64,000 nucleotides of DNA from Monocercomonoides exilis PA203 (Eukaryota > Protista > Preaxostyla), in assembly GCA_001643675.2 (NCBI GenBank), contig LSRY02000001.1:1426001-1490000 (forward strand). The letters run 5' to 3'. Made by a program: the position numbers and the translations under genes. Every line of letters starts with the position of its first letter. The first letter of the stretch is position 1. Below are positions 22,482 through 37,400 of the stretch, in pieces. The notes below the pieces were generated by a model. The model did not search any database. It saw nothing but the letters and a program-made list of their open reading frames with translations, and had not been told where the DNA came from.

Positions 22482-25400
22482 ATGTCTTCAACGAACCCAA
22501 ATGATTTTATATCAAACATTTCAGATAAAGTTGCAGTTTGACAATTTTGAAGAGAAATTTCGATAATCACTTTTCACGCTTTTCATAATGTTTGATATTT
22601 TAGAAAGATAATCCAGAGATTTGCGCTCATCAAACCAACACTTTGATGAAGCCAATGCCATCATCAAAGATAAAACATGATGTTTTAGAAAAAAATATTC
22701 CAAGACATAGATTAACCGAAGATATTAAAAATGCTTTGCGAGATGCTCTTTTGAAAGATAACAACTTTAATGCTGATTTGTCGGATTCAACAAAAACAAA
22801 TCAAATTATTTTTGGAGCTGCCACCGATGAAGTTATTTCAAAATTTGTCGAAGAACACAATCAGATTGTGGATCAACTTCGTTCGGAAATTACATCATCG
22901 ATTCATTTATCTGAAGTTATCAATCAAAAGGTTGTCTGCTATTGTGTTTTTCAAGCAAAACTATTTTTTTATCTATTTGGCTCAGGATAATGATTTACAG
23001 AAATTACACAACAGATTTATAAAGGAAAAATCACGACGGCGTATTTTTCAACAAGCATTGCAATCCAAAGATACTCCAACAAGTGAACATAAAATTTGTT
23101 GGGGAGATGACATTTATAGGGATGATGAAGATGAAGAAACAGAAGATCAGTGTCCAGAGCGCACTCACCAGCACCTTGGCACAGCAAGAGGAAGCCGCTT
23201 GGAGTCGATTCAAGAAAAATCTAAACGAACACCACCGTCGACACCTTTTGCTTCTATGACGCCTCCAAGACTGACACCTATATCTTCATCCGCCCCTGCG
23301 TCCTCTTTGCTTTCTTCGGATACCACACAAGCGCAGTGGTTCAGTCCAGGGGCAGGAGCGTTCCCGGGCGCAGGCCACGCACAGAGCCTGTTTGCATCAG
23401 CTGGCGACACTCGCAGCGGGAAACGTTCTCTGCCAATGTATCAGGCTGTGCACAGCTTCTCGACAGATGGCTATGCGGCGCTGACATTTCAGCCTGCGTC
23501 AAGTGTGCATCTTTGAAATCTTTGTTTCTGTTTTCTCTTTTTGGGCTTTGTTGAATTGGAAAAAAAAATTTTTTTTCCAAATTTACTGATGCATGTGGCA
23601 TTGCTTGAATTATTTGAAATCATTCAATTTTTATTCTGCTTATATCTCTTGTTTTTTTTTTTTTTTAACAATCATAATTGCCTTTTGCCCCATTACAATT
23701 TCTTTATCCGAAATAAAATGCGCCAAACATTTCAATAGAACAAACAACAGCGCCTCCGTTTTTTGAGCATTCGTCGCAGTTTGCGAATCAGAATGCTTCG
23801 ATGCTCCCTCCACAGCACTTCTGCCAGTTTAATCTACCACTGCCACAACAACAACAGCAACAGCAACAGCAGCAGCAGCAGCAGCCAATGCAACAGATGA
23901 AAGTGAAGAATGGTGTACATGGCACAAGCACAAGAACAGAGCAGCCAGTCAATTTGCATCAACAACAAATAGAAAAAGCAGAGAGCTGTGAAAGTGGGTG
24001 CTTTTCTGGTGATGGGAAAGCAGCTGAAACAAAAATGGCAGAGAAAAAAGAGGAAGGAAACGAAGAGAGCAACAAATCAGAAGGAGAAGGCGAATGCGAG
24101 GAAACTTCTGGAAAGGAAGATAACAGAAGAAAAGAGAGGAATAATAAAGCGAAAAGGAAAGAGGAGAAAAGCGAAGCAAACAGCTCAGAAACACACTCGC
24201 CTTCGAAGCTGACAGAAGGGAGCGGTGCAAAAGGAGCAAGCGAAACATCAGAAGAAAGAGGAGAGAAAGAGCAGAAAGAGCAGAAAGAGACGAAAGAGCA
24301 GAAAGATCGGAAAAAGATGAAGAGAGGGAAAGAAGAGGAGAAAGAGGAAGAAAGAGGAAGCGAAGAAAGAGAAGTAACACAGCAGACTTATTCTACTTCT
24401 GCACAACAACAACAACAACAATTGCAGTCACAAGGAAATAAAACAGTAGTTCCTTCATCTTCATCATCTGCTTCATCATCATCATCATCTTCTTCTTCTT
24501 CTTCATCGTCTTCGTCTTCGTCTTCTTCTTCTTCTTCGTCTTCATCTTCATCTACAACATCGTCTGAACCCAAAGTGTTGTCTCGCCAGTTCAGAGACCC
24601 TGACAGTATGAGCATAACATAACTTCAGTTGTAATTATTGTTTATATTACTATTATAACTATTATTACTATTATTATTAAATATTATAAATATGCATATA
24701 TATGCATTTATATATTATCTTTTGAAACATAATTCTCATTCAGAAACATTGCATTTCACCATATTGCGCAAGTTCACTGACGAGTCTGTATTGGTGGATG
24801 CGCTGAAGACGCTGCCGGATTTGCGTTCTCTTTTTATCCTTCCAAAATCAGGTGAAGTTGCCCCACATACAACTGGCTTTGTGGAGTTCAACACGGCAGA
24901 GGCAAAGAATGCGATGCTGAAGCAAAGGACATTGGTGTGATTGAATGAGAAATGAAATTAGAGAGATCGAAAGAGAGAGTGTGTGGTTGATTGATTAAAT
25001 GAATAAGGATGAGTTACGTGGAAGGGGAAAAAATAATTACTAGAAATTCAACTTTGGCTATTTGTTTTTGAATGAAGAATGCAATTTTTATTTGATGACG
25101 TTTTAAAAGTTATTGAACTTGGATTTCTCATCTATTTATTTATTTATTGATTTATTTATGAATCAAAATGTTATTTCCCACATTTATCATTCACCCTCAC
25201 TCACTCACTCACTCAAACAAACAAACAAACAATAATTCCTCTTCCAGCCATTGAAAGAAGGAGCCACTTTGAAGGACACGCTGTTTTTCAGCGACCAAAA
25301 AAGGAAAGAATTCGTCAAAGTGGAAAGTCTGAAGCAGACTGTCACAAAAGAGCAGCTGCAGTATGCAAGCTTCATATTTGAATGAATTTTTGTATTATTC

Positions 25401-26811
25401 ACAAAATTTTTGTATTGATTTTTTATTCTTCCTCATTGTCTTTCTCTTTCTCTTTCTCAATCTCTGGATAAATGAACCACGAAATATTGAAAATATATAT
25501 ATATTTTTCCCAATAATATTATTTTTCTCTTTCCATTTTGACCACCAAATCCACCATCACTTTCCATTCATCTATTCTTCATCAATTCTTTTCTATTTTT
25601 CTTCTCTTCCTTTCTTCTCTCCCCTTCTCTCCCCTTCTCTCCCCAGGCGATTAGACCACGTTATTGACGTAGAGTATTCGCAGCCAGCGCGTGTTGCCTT
25701 CCTGCGGGTGGCGCCGTCGGCCGAGCAGCTGCTGGAGAAAGTGAAGCTGGACGGGACGATGAAAGGGCCAGGCTTCAAGATCAACTGGGCAAACAGCAGC
25801 AAGTTCGCGAACACGCTGCTGATTTCGATGGAGCAGCCGGCAGAGCTGCTGCGGCTGTCGAACAGAGAGAACGAGGAGAAGATGGAGGCTGACTTCACAA
25901 TGGACGGGGTGAGGCCGAAGATCGTGCTGATACCGACGACTTACCAGAGGCAGTCATACTACGGGGTCATTGAATACCCGCTCACGTGGAATGGAGAGGC
26001 GGTTTGTGGAAGAGAAATGAAAATGAAAATGAGAGTAATAATAATAATAATAATAATATTTCATATCTTTTTGTGTGATGTGATTGAAGTTTTTGATCAG
26101 AATAAAAAAATTCTTTTTTATTGAGGCAGATTTTGAAAAAAAGCAATTTCATTCCAATGTTACATTTGTTTTTATTATTTATTTATAATTTATTTATTTA
26201 TTTATTTTTTAACTCCTCCTTTTTTTATTTAGGCCGCCTTGAAAGCTGTCGAAACCTTCAAGCAAGGCTACAAGCTGGACAATGTGGACATGACATTCAT
26301 TCTCAAACAGCCAATTGCGAAGCAGCCGTCGGGAAACTCTGCCTCTTCTGCCTCAATTTCTGAGGGAAACACAAACAGCACAAGCAACACAAGCAACACA
26401 ACCTGCACAAACACAGAAAATGTCAGTGGAGATGGCTTTTCTGGGCTTTCGATGGCCTCTCAGCTGCCGTCGCTTCCGTTTGAGTGCTCGCCTTATTCTG
26501 TTCTGAACTCACCCACAATGGGACCTCTGCATCTGGCACACCACACAGCACAGCCTGCTTCATCATCATCATCATCTTCTTCTTCTTCTTCTGTCACTGC
26601 TGCTGCTGCTTCTGCTTCTGCAGCGAATGGATTGCATTTGTCTGCACATTCTTTTACTCCTGTATTGTCTGGTTCATCATCATCATCATCATATTCTTCT
26701 GCTTCTTCTTCTTCTGCCTCCTCTTCTTTGACGTCTTCAGCAATGCAAGTTCCACCTCAGATTCCAGAAATGCCATTTTCTAATTATCCTTCCTCTTCCT
26801 CTTCTTCTTCC

Positions 26812-26843
<32 letters not shown>

Positions 26844-29800
26844 ATCATCATCTACTCAACATCCAAACCACCAGAAAGAGAAAAAAAGCGGTAGACAGGC
26901 CTCCAAAAAGCACAACAACACACGAGCTGATCATTTATACCTGAAACAAATAGCAGAAGAATTTAATAAGAACTACTCAGACAAGTCCATAATGATCACC
27001 TTGGGGCGATCTCAAAGTGGAAAATCCACAAAAATTAATGCACTTTTCGATATGCAACCGGATTCTCTGAGTAGAAACGCGACTTTTCAGGCGCAGACGC
27101 CCATCACAGGACTTGTCCACCCATCAGCTGCACCTCTCCCTCAACAGCAGAAGCAACAACAACATCAGCAACAGCCATATCTCCCTCATCAGCCGATGCC
27201 TCAGATGGCATATCCCCCAATGCCTGGCAGATATCTTTCGTATGGCCAGGCGCAGCCAGCGTTGTCTGCTCCTTTGTCTTCGTCTGCACCTCCTCCAGCA
27301 CACAACGGAAGGATTTTGGTTCTTCCATCGCTTTCATCGGCTGGCTCATCAAATGCACCCATTGCACAAACAGTCAACTCCTCATCCTCTCCTCTGACTC
27401 CACCAACAGACAATCTTCCACAGCAGCTGCAGCATAAGCATTCAAACAAGACACATTCATCTTCCTCTTCTTCTTCCTCTTCTTCTTCTTCCACACAATT
27501 CGGGTTAACCCACACTGCTTTCTCGCAGTCTGCTCGTCCCTTTGTCTCCAATCCATTTGCTAGCACAACAACGTCATCATCATCCTCATCAACAGTAGCA
27601 GCAACAGCAGATGATCCATTTTCACAAACGTCAAGAAAAGAAGGTGATGAAAGTGTGCAGATTGGAGAAGCTGGCTATTTTACAATGCCATCTGTGTATT
27701 CATCAGGTTACTCTATGCCTCCATTTTCCACATTTCAGCCAGCAATGTTTGCGCTTCAGGGAGCAAATCAAATGAATCAAACACCTTCATCATCATCATC
27801 TTCTTCTTCCTCTTCTTCCTCTTCTTCGGGTCCTTCAACTGCATATCCAGATGGCTCTTCTCTTTCGGTGGCTTCTGTTGCTTCTTCTTCTTCTTCTTCT
27901 TCATCGACATCACCAACAACAACACCCCAAACTTCATCATCATCATCTTATTCCTCTTCTTCTTCTTCTTCTTCCTCTTCCTCTTCTTCTCCTTCATCAT
28001 CGTCTTCATCATCAATTCCATCTTCTCCTTCCTCTTCTCTTTCATCATCTGCACTTCACAGCCAGCAAAGCAGTCAGCATTCTTCATTTCGCAATTTCTC
28101 CCCTCTTATCTACCCTCAATCTTCAACCTTCCCTTTCCTCACACAAAATGGCAAAGTGATATATCCTCCATCGATGGCTGGAAACAACACGGTCTCCACT
28201 CAAAACCCACAAACGCCCATTGCTGCAGGCTCAGCAAACCCAGAATCACCTTCACTGGCCTCTTCTTCTCCATCTTCTTCGACAATTTTCTCCTCTTCTC
28301 TTTCTTCTTCTCTTTCTCCTTCTCTCAAGTCATCCTCTCCTTCTGCATCATTGACATCGACTTCTCCACCACCTCCTCTTCACTCATCATCATCATCATC
28401 ATCTTCTTCTTCTTCCTTCTCTTCCTTTTCCTCTTCCTCCTCTTCCTCTTCTCATATGCCTTCTCATCAGCCCTATCAGCATCTGCCCAACTATCCTCCA
28501 CACCTGAGGATGCCACCATCGTATCTGCCAATGCCCCAACAACAACCACAACTTGCTCAGCTTCTGCCGCAAAACAAGCAAACGCAGCTTGCTTCGTCTC
28601 ATCCTGTACAGCCTTCTAATCAATCATTCTCGATGCTTATGCCTCATCAGTCATCTTCTGTGATTCTATGGAAGATTCCAGTTCAATCACAATCTCAACT
28701 TCAACCTCAGCCTCAGTCTCAATTACAGCCACAATCATTGCAATTCCAGCCATCCTCTGATACGCAGACAGTTGCATCAACAACATCATCATCGACATCA
28801 CAACAGCAGGATAACAAGCAAATGAGTTCTATTTCACAAAGCTCATTCATGTTCCTCACACCGCCACGTTCACATTCTCTGTCTCCATCTGCACGAGACA
28901 GAAGGAAGACAAGAAGGCCTCATTCGCTGATGGTGACAGCATCTGCAGCAGATCAGCAAAACGAGGGAGAGCTGGAAGAAGCCAACAGCAGGTCTGCATT
29001 GGAGGAGTCTGTGAATACGTCTGATGAAGGAGGAATGAAAGAACAGAGCGAAAAGATAGAGAACGAAGCTGACAAGGAAAAAGGGGCGCAAAAAGAACAT
29101 CAAAATAGGACAGGGAATGAAGAAGTTATTGATGGCAATCAATTGATGGACTCTATTCTTTCCAATGATCACGACCAATTCGTCGATCTGTCTCAGAGTT
29201 CAGTACAATCATCATTATTATTGTTATCGTCGTCATCATCTTCTTCATCATCGTCCCCGCCATCGTCTCCTCCACAGTTATCTGCACAGACCATGAAAGA
29301 GTCAGCGTTTAGTAATTCGAGCTTATCTCTTGTCAGCCCATCCGTTCAACAGCAGAGTGCAATGCAACAGGATAATGCGTTACAGTCTTCATATGACTTT
29401 AACTACTCCACGTCTTCTGATATGAATGAATTTATGTCACATCCATTTGCATACAACTTTCCAATTGGATCGTTTGATGGATCATCATCTTCTTCTTCGC
29501 CTTTGCCCGAGGCTTCATCATCATCATCGCCATTTGTATCAACATCACCACCTTCATTGACAACAAATGCAGCTGAAGGTTCTTCTTCCTCTTCCTCTTC
29601 CTCCTTCTCTTCTTCTTCTTCTTCTTCTTCTCTCTCATCGCAAAGCATCGTCACTCCTGATACACCCGATACAACCGACCCATTTGATTCCTCTGACATT
29701 TCCCTTCGTCCTTTACGCATCGTCCCATCCAGCAACTCTATGCGGTCAGATAGCATCGACTCTCCATTAGCCCCGTTCCAGTTTTCTCCCAAATATTCCT

Positions 29801-30363
29801 CTTATTCGAACCCAGCTTCCTCTCCCCCGCCTTTCCTTTCGAAGATTAGAACACTCACCACGGACTCCTTGTCTCAACAGCAGAGCATTCCCTTTGATTC
29901 TGCCAATCTGGTCACATCTCCATCGATTCTTCATTCGCTGGCTCCTTCTTCTCCTTCTGCTCTGAATTCATCGTCTTTATCGTCTTCGCCTTCAGGAGTA
30001 TTGCCTCCTGATCCTTCGTTTACTTTTCCATTCACTTCATTATCCCCAGGTAATTTAACCTCATCTTCCTCCTCTTCGAACTCTTCTGCCAATAATACTT
30101 CCTCTTCTTCTTTTTCTTCCTCTTCTTCTTTTTCTTCCTCTTCCTCTTCTTCTTCCTCCTTCCCTTCCTCCTCTTCGCCAACCCCTTCTGCTTCAATCAA
30201 CCAGCTGTCTCCTCCATCACCTGAAGAATCTCCTTCGTTATTGCTAATAAGCAAAGCAGGCCTTATTTCGGATTCTAACCAAGACTCACAGTTAAAGTTA
30301 CACTCACAAAATTTCCCTCCTTTTGATGTGATTTCGACGCAAGACAATCAAAACTCTGTTTGA
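22482..30363 (+). CDS. Large spliced protein (~2,200 aa) with central RRM-like domains and extensive Ser/Gln/Pro low-complexity regions
   Basis: ORFs at 22643, 22770, 23801, 24692, 25363 and 26239 can be joined by GT-AG introns (acceptors e.g. 23738, 24743, 25247, 25646, 26232; phase checked for these five). RNP1-like TGFVEFNTAEA, VAFLRV, YGVIEY. Confidence 0.65.
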
Positions 30364-32415
30364 ATATGTTGAAATGACAGATTAATAGATGGATGTTTGG
30401 ATGTATGGATTGTGTGTAGATAGATGATGGATATATAGGTCAATGAATAAATAGCAAGATACATATGTTGATAAATGGACAGATGTGCATATGTATAAAA
30501 GATTGTTTGTTAGAAACACCCAAATAAAAAAAGCGAAACAAAAAAAAATGGAGAGAACAAAATGAATTGGAAGAAATATATCAGTTTACGTTTTGAATGA
30601 AGAGGGATTGTTGAAATACTGTTTTTTGTTCTAAATGTTAATGTGGAATATTTCATATTTCGAATCTCGACCAATTATGTGTCTGTATAACTATCAACAA
30701 TATATGCAACAGATAGAAATAACATTATGTGAAAGACTTAAATTAGCACAAAGGAAATGTTTGACAGATTAATTAGCAAAACAACTTATTCAATGTGTTT
30801 GATGTTGCAATGTTGCAACTTTGTGTTCTGTTTTGTTTGACGATGCTTTGTAGTCATTCTTAAACGATAAATAATTGAATTGCCTAAATTTTTTGGAATT
30901 AATTGGAATCAAATTGATTTGTTATGAATGATGATTGAATGGACACAACAGAAAGGAACACTCATATTAGACTGAAGATAATTGAAAAACGAGCAAAGTC
31001 TGAAGAATAATTTTGATTGGAAAACTTTTTTTTTTTGATATTTGGAAAGAAAAGGATTTCTTGTTTTTTTATTTCAAACAGAGTGAAATTCTGCTTTGCA
31101 TCTGAACTGAATGGCATTATTATTTGATGGACGATAGGAGATTCACGAAAACAGAATATGAAGCGAAAGAAACTGTGAATATTAAAGTGGATATTGAAGA
31201 CAGCGCTATTATTTCCTTTTTTGTCAGTGAAAATGAACATTCTATAAATAGAACTATAAATTCATTTGTTTGTTTAATTTGCTTGCCAATTAATAAAATA
31301 AATCTTTATTAGTATTTGTTTTAATGTTAGTAACTTTTGATTTTATCTGAACTATCGTAAACTTTTAATATATAATGGATGCGTCTTTGTTTGAGTTTCT
31401 ATTTTTGGCATATAAATTTTCTGTTTCGATCTGTTTCATTTGAAAAAAAAATGTTTTTTCTTTCTTTCTTTTTTTTTTTTTTTCTTTTTCATTTTCTTAT
31501 TGAATTTGTTGATTTTTTCTTTCTTTCTTTTTGATGTTGATTTTTTTTATTTTGATTTATTTATTTATTTTCTTTGCCTTTTAAAACTTTTATTTATATA
31601 AATTTTTAATAGTTATTTACATAATTGAAATTTCAAAATGATAAAACGTTCGAATTGGATCTTTCTGTATTGTGATATAAATTTGATTTTTCAATAATAT
31701 TTCGAAAAGAGAGTTAATTTGCTTAACTTTTTTTTTGTCTAATTTTATTTTATTTATTATTATTATTATTATTTTATTTTTCTCATTATCTTATTTTTAA
31801 TAAGATATGAGTTTGATTTTGAAAGCATATAAGTGAAGTTTTCATTTTTTTTGTTTGATTGCAAAGCAAATCACTCAACACCAATGTTACGGGTGTTATT
31901 GCTTTTTGTTTTGTCAATGAGCGCACGATGCTGTTTTCGAATGGAAAACTCTCTCGCTTTGACTCACTTTATATTGGGTTTAATTTAATTTAATTTAATT
32001 TATATTTTTAACAAAGTACTTTGGATGAATCTTTTCCATCATTCTAACGGATTGATTTTATATATGATTTTTGATATTTGTTTTTGGATTATCTCATTTC
32101 ATTTTTTTGAAAAAAAATAGTTATTTTAAATTTCCAAATTTGATATTATCGGATTCTGTTATTTATTGTGGATTAAAAAGTGAAAGAAAGTTTTCAACTG
32201 ATGTCAATAGAACGATTTGTCCTTTTTTTTCAAAAAAAAAAAAAAAAAATAATAATAATAAGCAAATAAAATAAAAAGTTGAATAATAAATTGTTAACTT
32301 TTTGTGCTATTGCAAATAGTCTTTTCAAGTGATTTCAAAATTAGATTATATCATTTTTGATTCAGGAACCCATTAAAATGGCTTTTTATTATTTGAGTTA
32401 AAAATACAATCATTG

Positions 32416-33714
32416 ATGCGTAAATATGCGCAAGAAGCATTGATCATTGATTGTCCAAGTTTGAACAGAATTATTAATTCATAAGATTAGAAATGAAGAG
32501 CTTTTTTAGATCTGTATGGAGAAGGATCTTGGCCAGTTTGTTTTATGATTATCGCGTATTTAGCGTGTCTCTTGCTTGGGAGCACTCAATTGATCTTTGA
32601 GTTTTCTCAAAAATCTTCTCAAAAAAGCTGGATAAAAATTCTGATTTTAATATTCCTATTGGTTTCATGTTTAATGAATAATTTCGTAGCTTTCGTTCCA
32701 CTTCCGTTTTCTATTGTATCGGGAATGATAACATGTGAAATTATGCCTGGATTTTTTCGATTTTGGTTATGGTCTCTGTTATTTTTTTGGATTGGAAATG
32801 CTACAATTTTGGCTCATTTGAAAAAGAAATGGATTAAACGTTTCCTGAGTTTAACAGTTGTTGCGTTTGTGATTCTGACATTTTTTGGATCTGTTATATC
32901 GTCGTTGCGTTCTGCGGTATCAATGTCAAAAACATGGATTTTGATAAGGATATTGTTTGATCTAATTTTCCATGCAATTATGTTGGTGCTTTCCATTGCA
33001 ATGACAATATCATTTGTAATTATCCGAAAGCGTATTCTTCAAACGGAGTATAGATTTTTGTCTGATAGGTTATGCGCTTTCTATGTGATGCTCATTGTAC
33101 TGGATTGCGCATTTATTCTTTTTGTTATTCATAATTCAATTCAACTTTTCGGGATACATCTGTTGTTTAATTTCCACAATCCTGGAATCATCGAATGCAG
33201 GAATAATGAAAATAATTGGTATACCAAATACATTTTAATTAAAGTTTAATACATTTCCACCACATTTTATGATTTGATGTATCTGTTTTTTTTTTTTTTT
33301 TTTTGGAAAAATACGCATATATTCAACAGTTACAAGCCAATTCTACAATCTTCCTTGCTTGAAGTTTTATTTACTCCATTTCCAATGATCGCTTTTCTAT
33401 CCACTTTTATGTATTTTGCAGTGAAGTCCATCCGATTGCGACCAGTTGTTTCTGCAATTCCACAGCCTGAAAATATTCTGCTATCAAACACACATAATTG
33501 TTCTGATTATGTTTCTCTGAATAGCCTTGAGCAACCACATGTCAGTGTGAATTTTGAAGATTCCTATCAGCACTCGCCAAACAAGAAAGTGACTTCAACA
33601 CCCATCCAGCGTCATTACCGCCCTCATCAGCACAGCCACAAGCATCGTCACTCTCGCCAGACTGGATTGTCCTCTCGTACATCAACTGCACCTGCCACTT
33701 ACTCTTCATTGTGA
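32416..33714 (+). CDS. Seven-transmembrane protein (TOM1/THH1/GPR137-like topology), 2 introns
   Basis: Seven hydrophobic segments after splicing; Ser/His-rich cytosolic tail ending YSSL. The family assignment is an inference from topology. Confidence 0.7.
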
Positions 33715-34412
33715 TTATGTTGTTTTTTCAGAGAACGGTGAAAACTTATGATTCGTAGGGGTATTATTATTTTTATTTTTTTGTTGGTTATATATGTGTA
33801 TCATGTGTAGTATTTCTTTCTTATTCTACATTATAGTCAACTTTCTTTAAAATCTATAACATGATATTGAAATTTCTTTTGTTGTATCGTTGCTTTAATT
33901 TAATGATACCGATTAATTATGCCACTTTCATGAAAAATTCGGCTTCAAGCCGAACATTGAGTTGTTATCTTATTTTTTTAATGTTTGTGTAGTTTATTCA
34001 TTTCTCATTGTGTAAAGAGTTGAATTATTATTGATGAGTGGAATTTTCCATTTTTTTGCAAGAAATTTATATTTAAAAATTATTTTGCAATTTGCTGTGC
34101 GATGGATGCTTGAAACTTAAAAGATTTTAAATGAATTTATTTATTAATAAAACCATTTAGCAAAAACAAAACAATTGAACAAGTCGAAGAATTTGATTTA
34201 TATTAAAATAAAAAAAAGAAAAGAAAAAGAAAAAAGACCTCATTTTGTGTTAATAAAGGAGTTGTTTGAATCTTTGCACGTTCTTGTTTCATGAAAAAAC
34301 GAAAATCCATTTTGGCAAATCAATCGATGATCAAATCCCGCAACCATTATATATCATATAATTTTCGAAGACACATCATAGCCCCACTTTCTCCTCTCCT
34401 TTTGGTGTTCAT

Positions 34413-37400
34413 ATGAACAGCATAAGTGTCAAATTTAAAGCGCGATTATTTGAAACAAATTATTCAGGGCTATGGACAGTAATAGGAACAGGATATGCTG
34501 CCGTTATTGATGATGTATGAAATATATTTTTCTGACTCCTATTCCATAGAAAACTTCATTTCTTTTTATTTTTCCGTTTATAACTTATTTTCTGCGAATA
34601 TTTAAATTTATGAAATTACAATTTTTGTTTTGATTTTTGCTTAATTCTTTTTATATTAATTGATAATTCTTTTGTGCTATAATCCGTGAAAAATCACAAA
34701 TACAGAATATATGCTTTTATGAAGACGATAAATCAATAAAGCCACAGTATAAATTTCCGATTATATCAGATAAAAATGCCTACCAGAAGGAGGGAAGTCT
34801 GCATAATAATTTATGTTTTTTTTCACGCACTTGTTTCATAACTTGTATTTTTAAAATTCATTTTTTCGTTGTGTATCATTCACAAATTATTTGTGTTGTA
34901 ACGCTATGTTTTGCTAATGCTATTTTGCTTTCGAAATTTAGGTAGTGTAATTGTGTGGACTGAGCCAAAAGAAAAAAAGGACTACTCATTAAGCTTCGCA
35001 ACACCGGACGGTTTTCAAAAAATATGGAATACGATACAGGCTTTCATTTTAATGAATACAGAAATTGAGCTTCCCCCAATTTCTGCTGAAACGCTGGGTG
35101 ATGTAGAATGTCTTCTTTTTTCATCCTGCCAAGATCCTGTTGGAAACTTTCGCCTTACAAAGATGGCAACAACAACGAACCTCATCAGCGAAATTATTTC
35201 TGTTAGAAAAAGCCTTGATGAAAAAAAGATGAGAAATCTTCCATATTTCCATTCAATATTCCGTATTATTCGAATGATTATCAACACAAACAGCAAGCCG
35301 TTGCTGTGCTCCATAATCAAAGACGAGCAGATGACGCTGGACATCATATCGTGCCTGGAATACGACCCGACGCTTGGGGCGAGGCGGATTGAGCATCGGC
35401 GGTATTTGGAGAGTGAGACGAGGGTGCACATACCAAAGATTCTATTAGAAGTGGTGGATAAAATGGAAAAGAAGGAGAAAGAAAGCAACGAACTGAAGAA
35501 AAAACTCAGAATTGCAAAGGAAATGACAGAAAAGAAGCGACAAAAGGAGAAAAAAGCGATGACAAAGTTTGGGACAAAGATGGGGATGAGCGTGGGGATT
35601 GGGGGGTTGACTCTGGGTGGTATTGATGAAGACGATGGGGATGAGGAAGAAGAAGAAGAAGAAGAAGAAGGCGAAATGAATTCTCGTGAAGAGAATGAGG
35701 AGGAGGATGAGGAAGAGGATGATGAGGAAGAAGAGGAAGGGGAAGAAGATGATGAAGATAGTTCCACTTGGAAATTGAGTGAAGGTTCACTTGATGCGGA
35801 AGATGAGCTTGACAAAGAACCAGAGGATGAGAAAGTGAAAGAAAAAGAGAAAGAAAATGAAGAAAATGGAAACAATAAAGAAGGAAAAGAGAAAAAGAAA
35901 GAAAATTTCAGAAAGGAAATGAAGAGCAATGAAAATGATCAAAAGACAGATGCAACAGTCAATTCAAAGAGAAAACCAAAAGATTCTTCACATCACTCAC
36001 AATCCGCTCAAAAATCCAAAGCAAAACGAAAAGCGAAGAAAGAGCCTGTGAAAGAGAAGCAGCGTGTGTACAGTCGGGCTGACGGGATGAAGTTTTCTGG
36101 CATAAAATCCGAACTAGCAGGGGTTGTGGAGCTGCTGGAGTGCAATTATCAGATAGACTATTTGAAAGGGGTGATCTTGCCACGGATGATCGATGATGCA
36201 GTGAATGACAAGCTGGAGGACATCAAAGATCAGAACAAGACACAAATCATCAGCTTTTTCACGAGGCATCCAAGACTCATTGAGGCGATGATTGAGTTTT
36301 TGAAGAAGGATGTTAAACATTCTTCGATTAAAAGTGAAGCACATGAGATAAAAACAAATGAAACTGTTATGTCATCATCGTCATCATCATCATCATCTTC
36401 TTCTTCTTCTTCTTTCTCCTCCTCCTCCTCCTCATTATCAGCAACAGCATCATCAACTCTTCTTCAGCCAATAGAGAAGAAGAAGACGAAGAAGACGAAG
36501 AATGTTCCGAGTGAAGAAGAGGTGGAGATTCGATTGCTGAAGGAGTGGATGAGGCAGAAGACGATTTATGAGGAAGAGATGAGTCTGAGGAAGACTTTGC
36601 AGGAGAAAGAGAAAGAGAAGGAGAAGGAGAAAGAAAAGGAGAAGGAGAATGCAGAAAAGTTGAATACATTTGAAGAGAATGGCGGAAATGGCAATATGAA
36701 TGTACAAGGACAAGATGCAGCAGATGGAGAAATGGAAGGGGTTATAACAGCATATGCGATGAATTATGGAGAAAGCAATGAAACAAACAAGGAAGAGAAT
36801 GAAAACAGAGAAAGAGGAGAAAATGAAGAAAATGGAACGAAAAACGAGCAAAGTCTTTTGATTGATAGCAATCCATATATCAACATTAATGATGCTAACA
36901 ATGTGTATACAGCTAATAATGATGAAATACAAGATTCATTCATGAAGGACAGCCAGTCTGTGCTCAATGAACAACAATTAATGAAAGAAGGGCCTATTTA
37001 CTCTGCACAATCATCATCTTCATCATCTTCATCCTCCTCCTCCTCCTCTTCTTCTTCTTCTTCTTCTTCTTCTTCTTCTTCCTTCTCCTCCTCATCTAAC
37101 CTCTCATTGAACAATAACCCTTCCCCACAAAATAGTGTGTCTTCTATTGACAGCTCTGTTTCTCCTCCGACTTCTCCAAACTTCACAATATCATCACCCA
37201 CTCACAATCACTCACTTCTCACAGACAGTAATTCATCTGATGGGAATTTAGATTCTTCTCCTATTTATTCTTCTTCTTCTTCCTCCTCCTCCTCCTCTTC
37301 TTCTCCTTCTTCTTCTTCTTCTTCTGACCCACTTTCTTCCAATCTCTTCATGTCAGATGACTATTTCGATGAAGAAATCCCTTCTTCTCTGCCTTCAACT

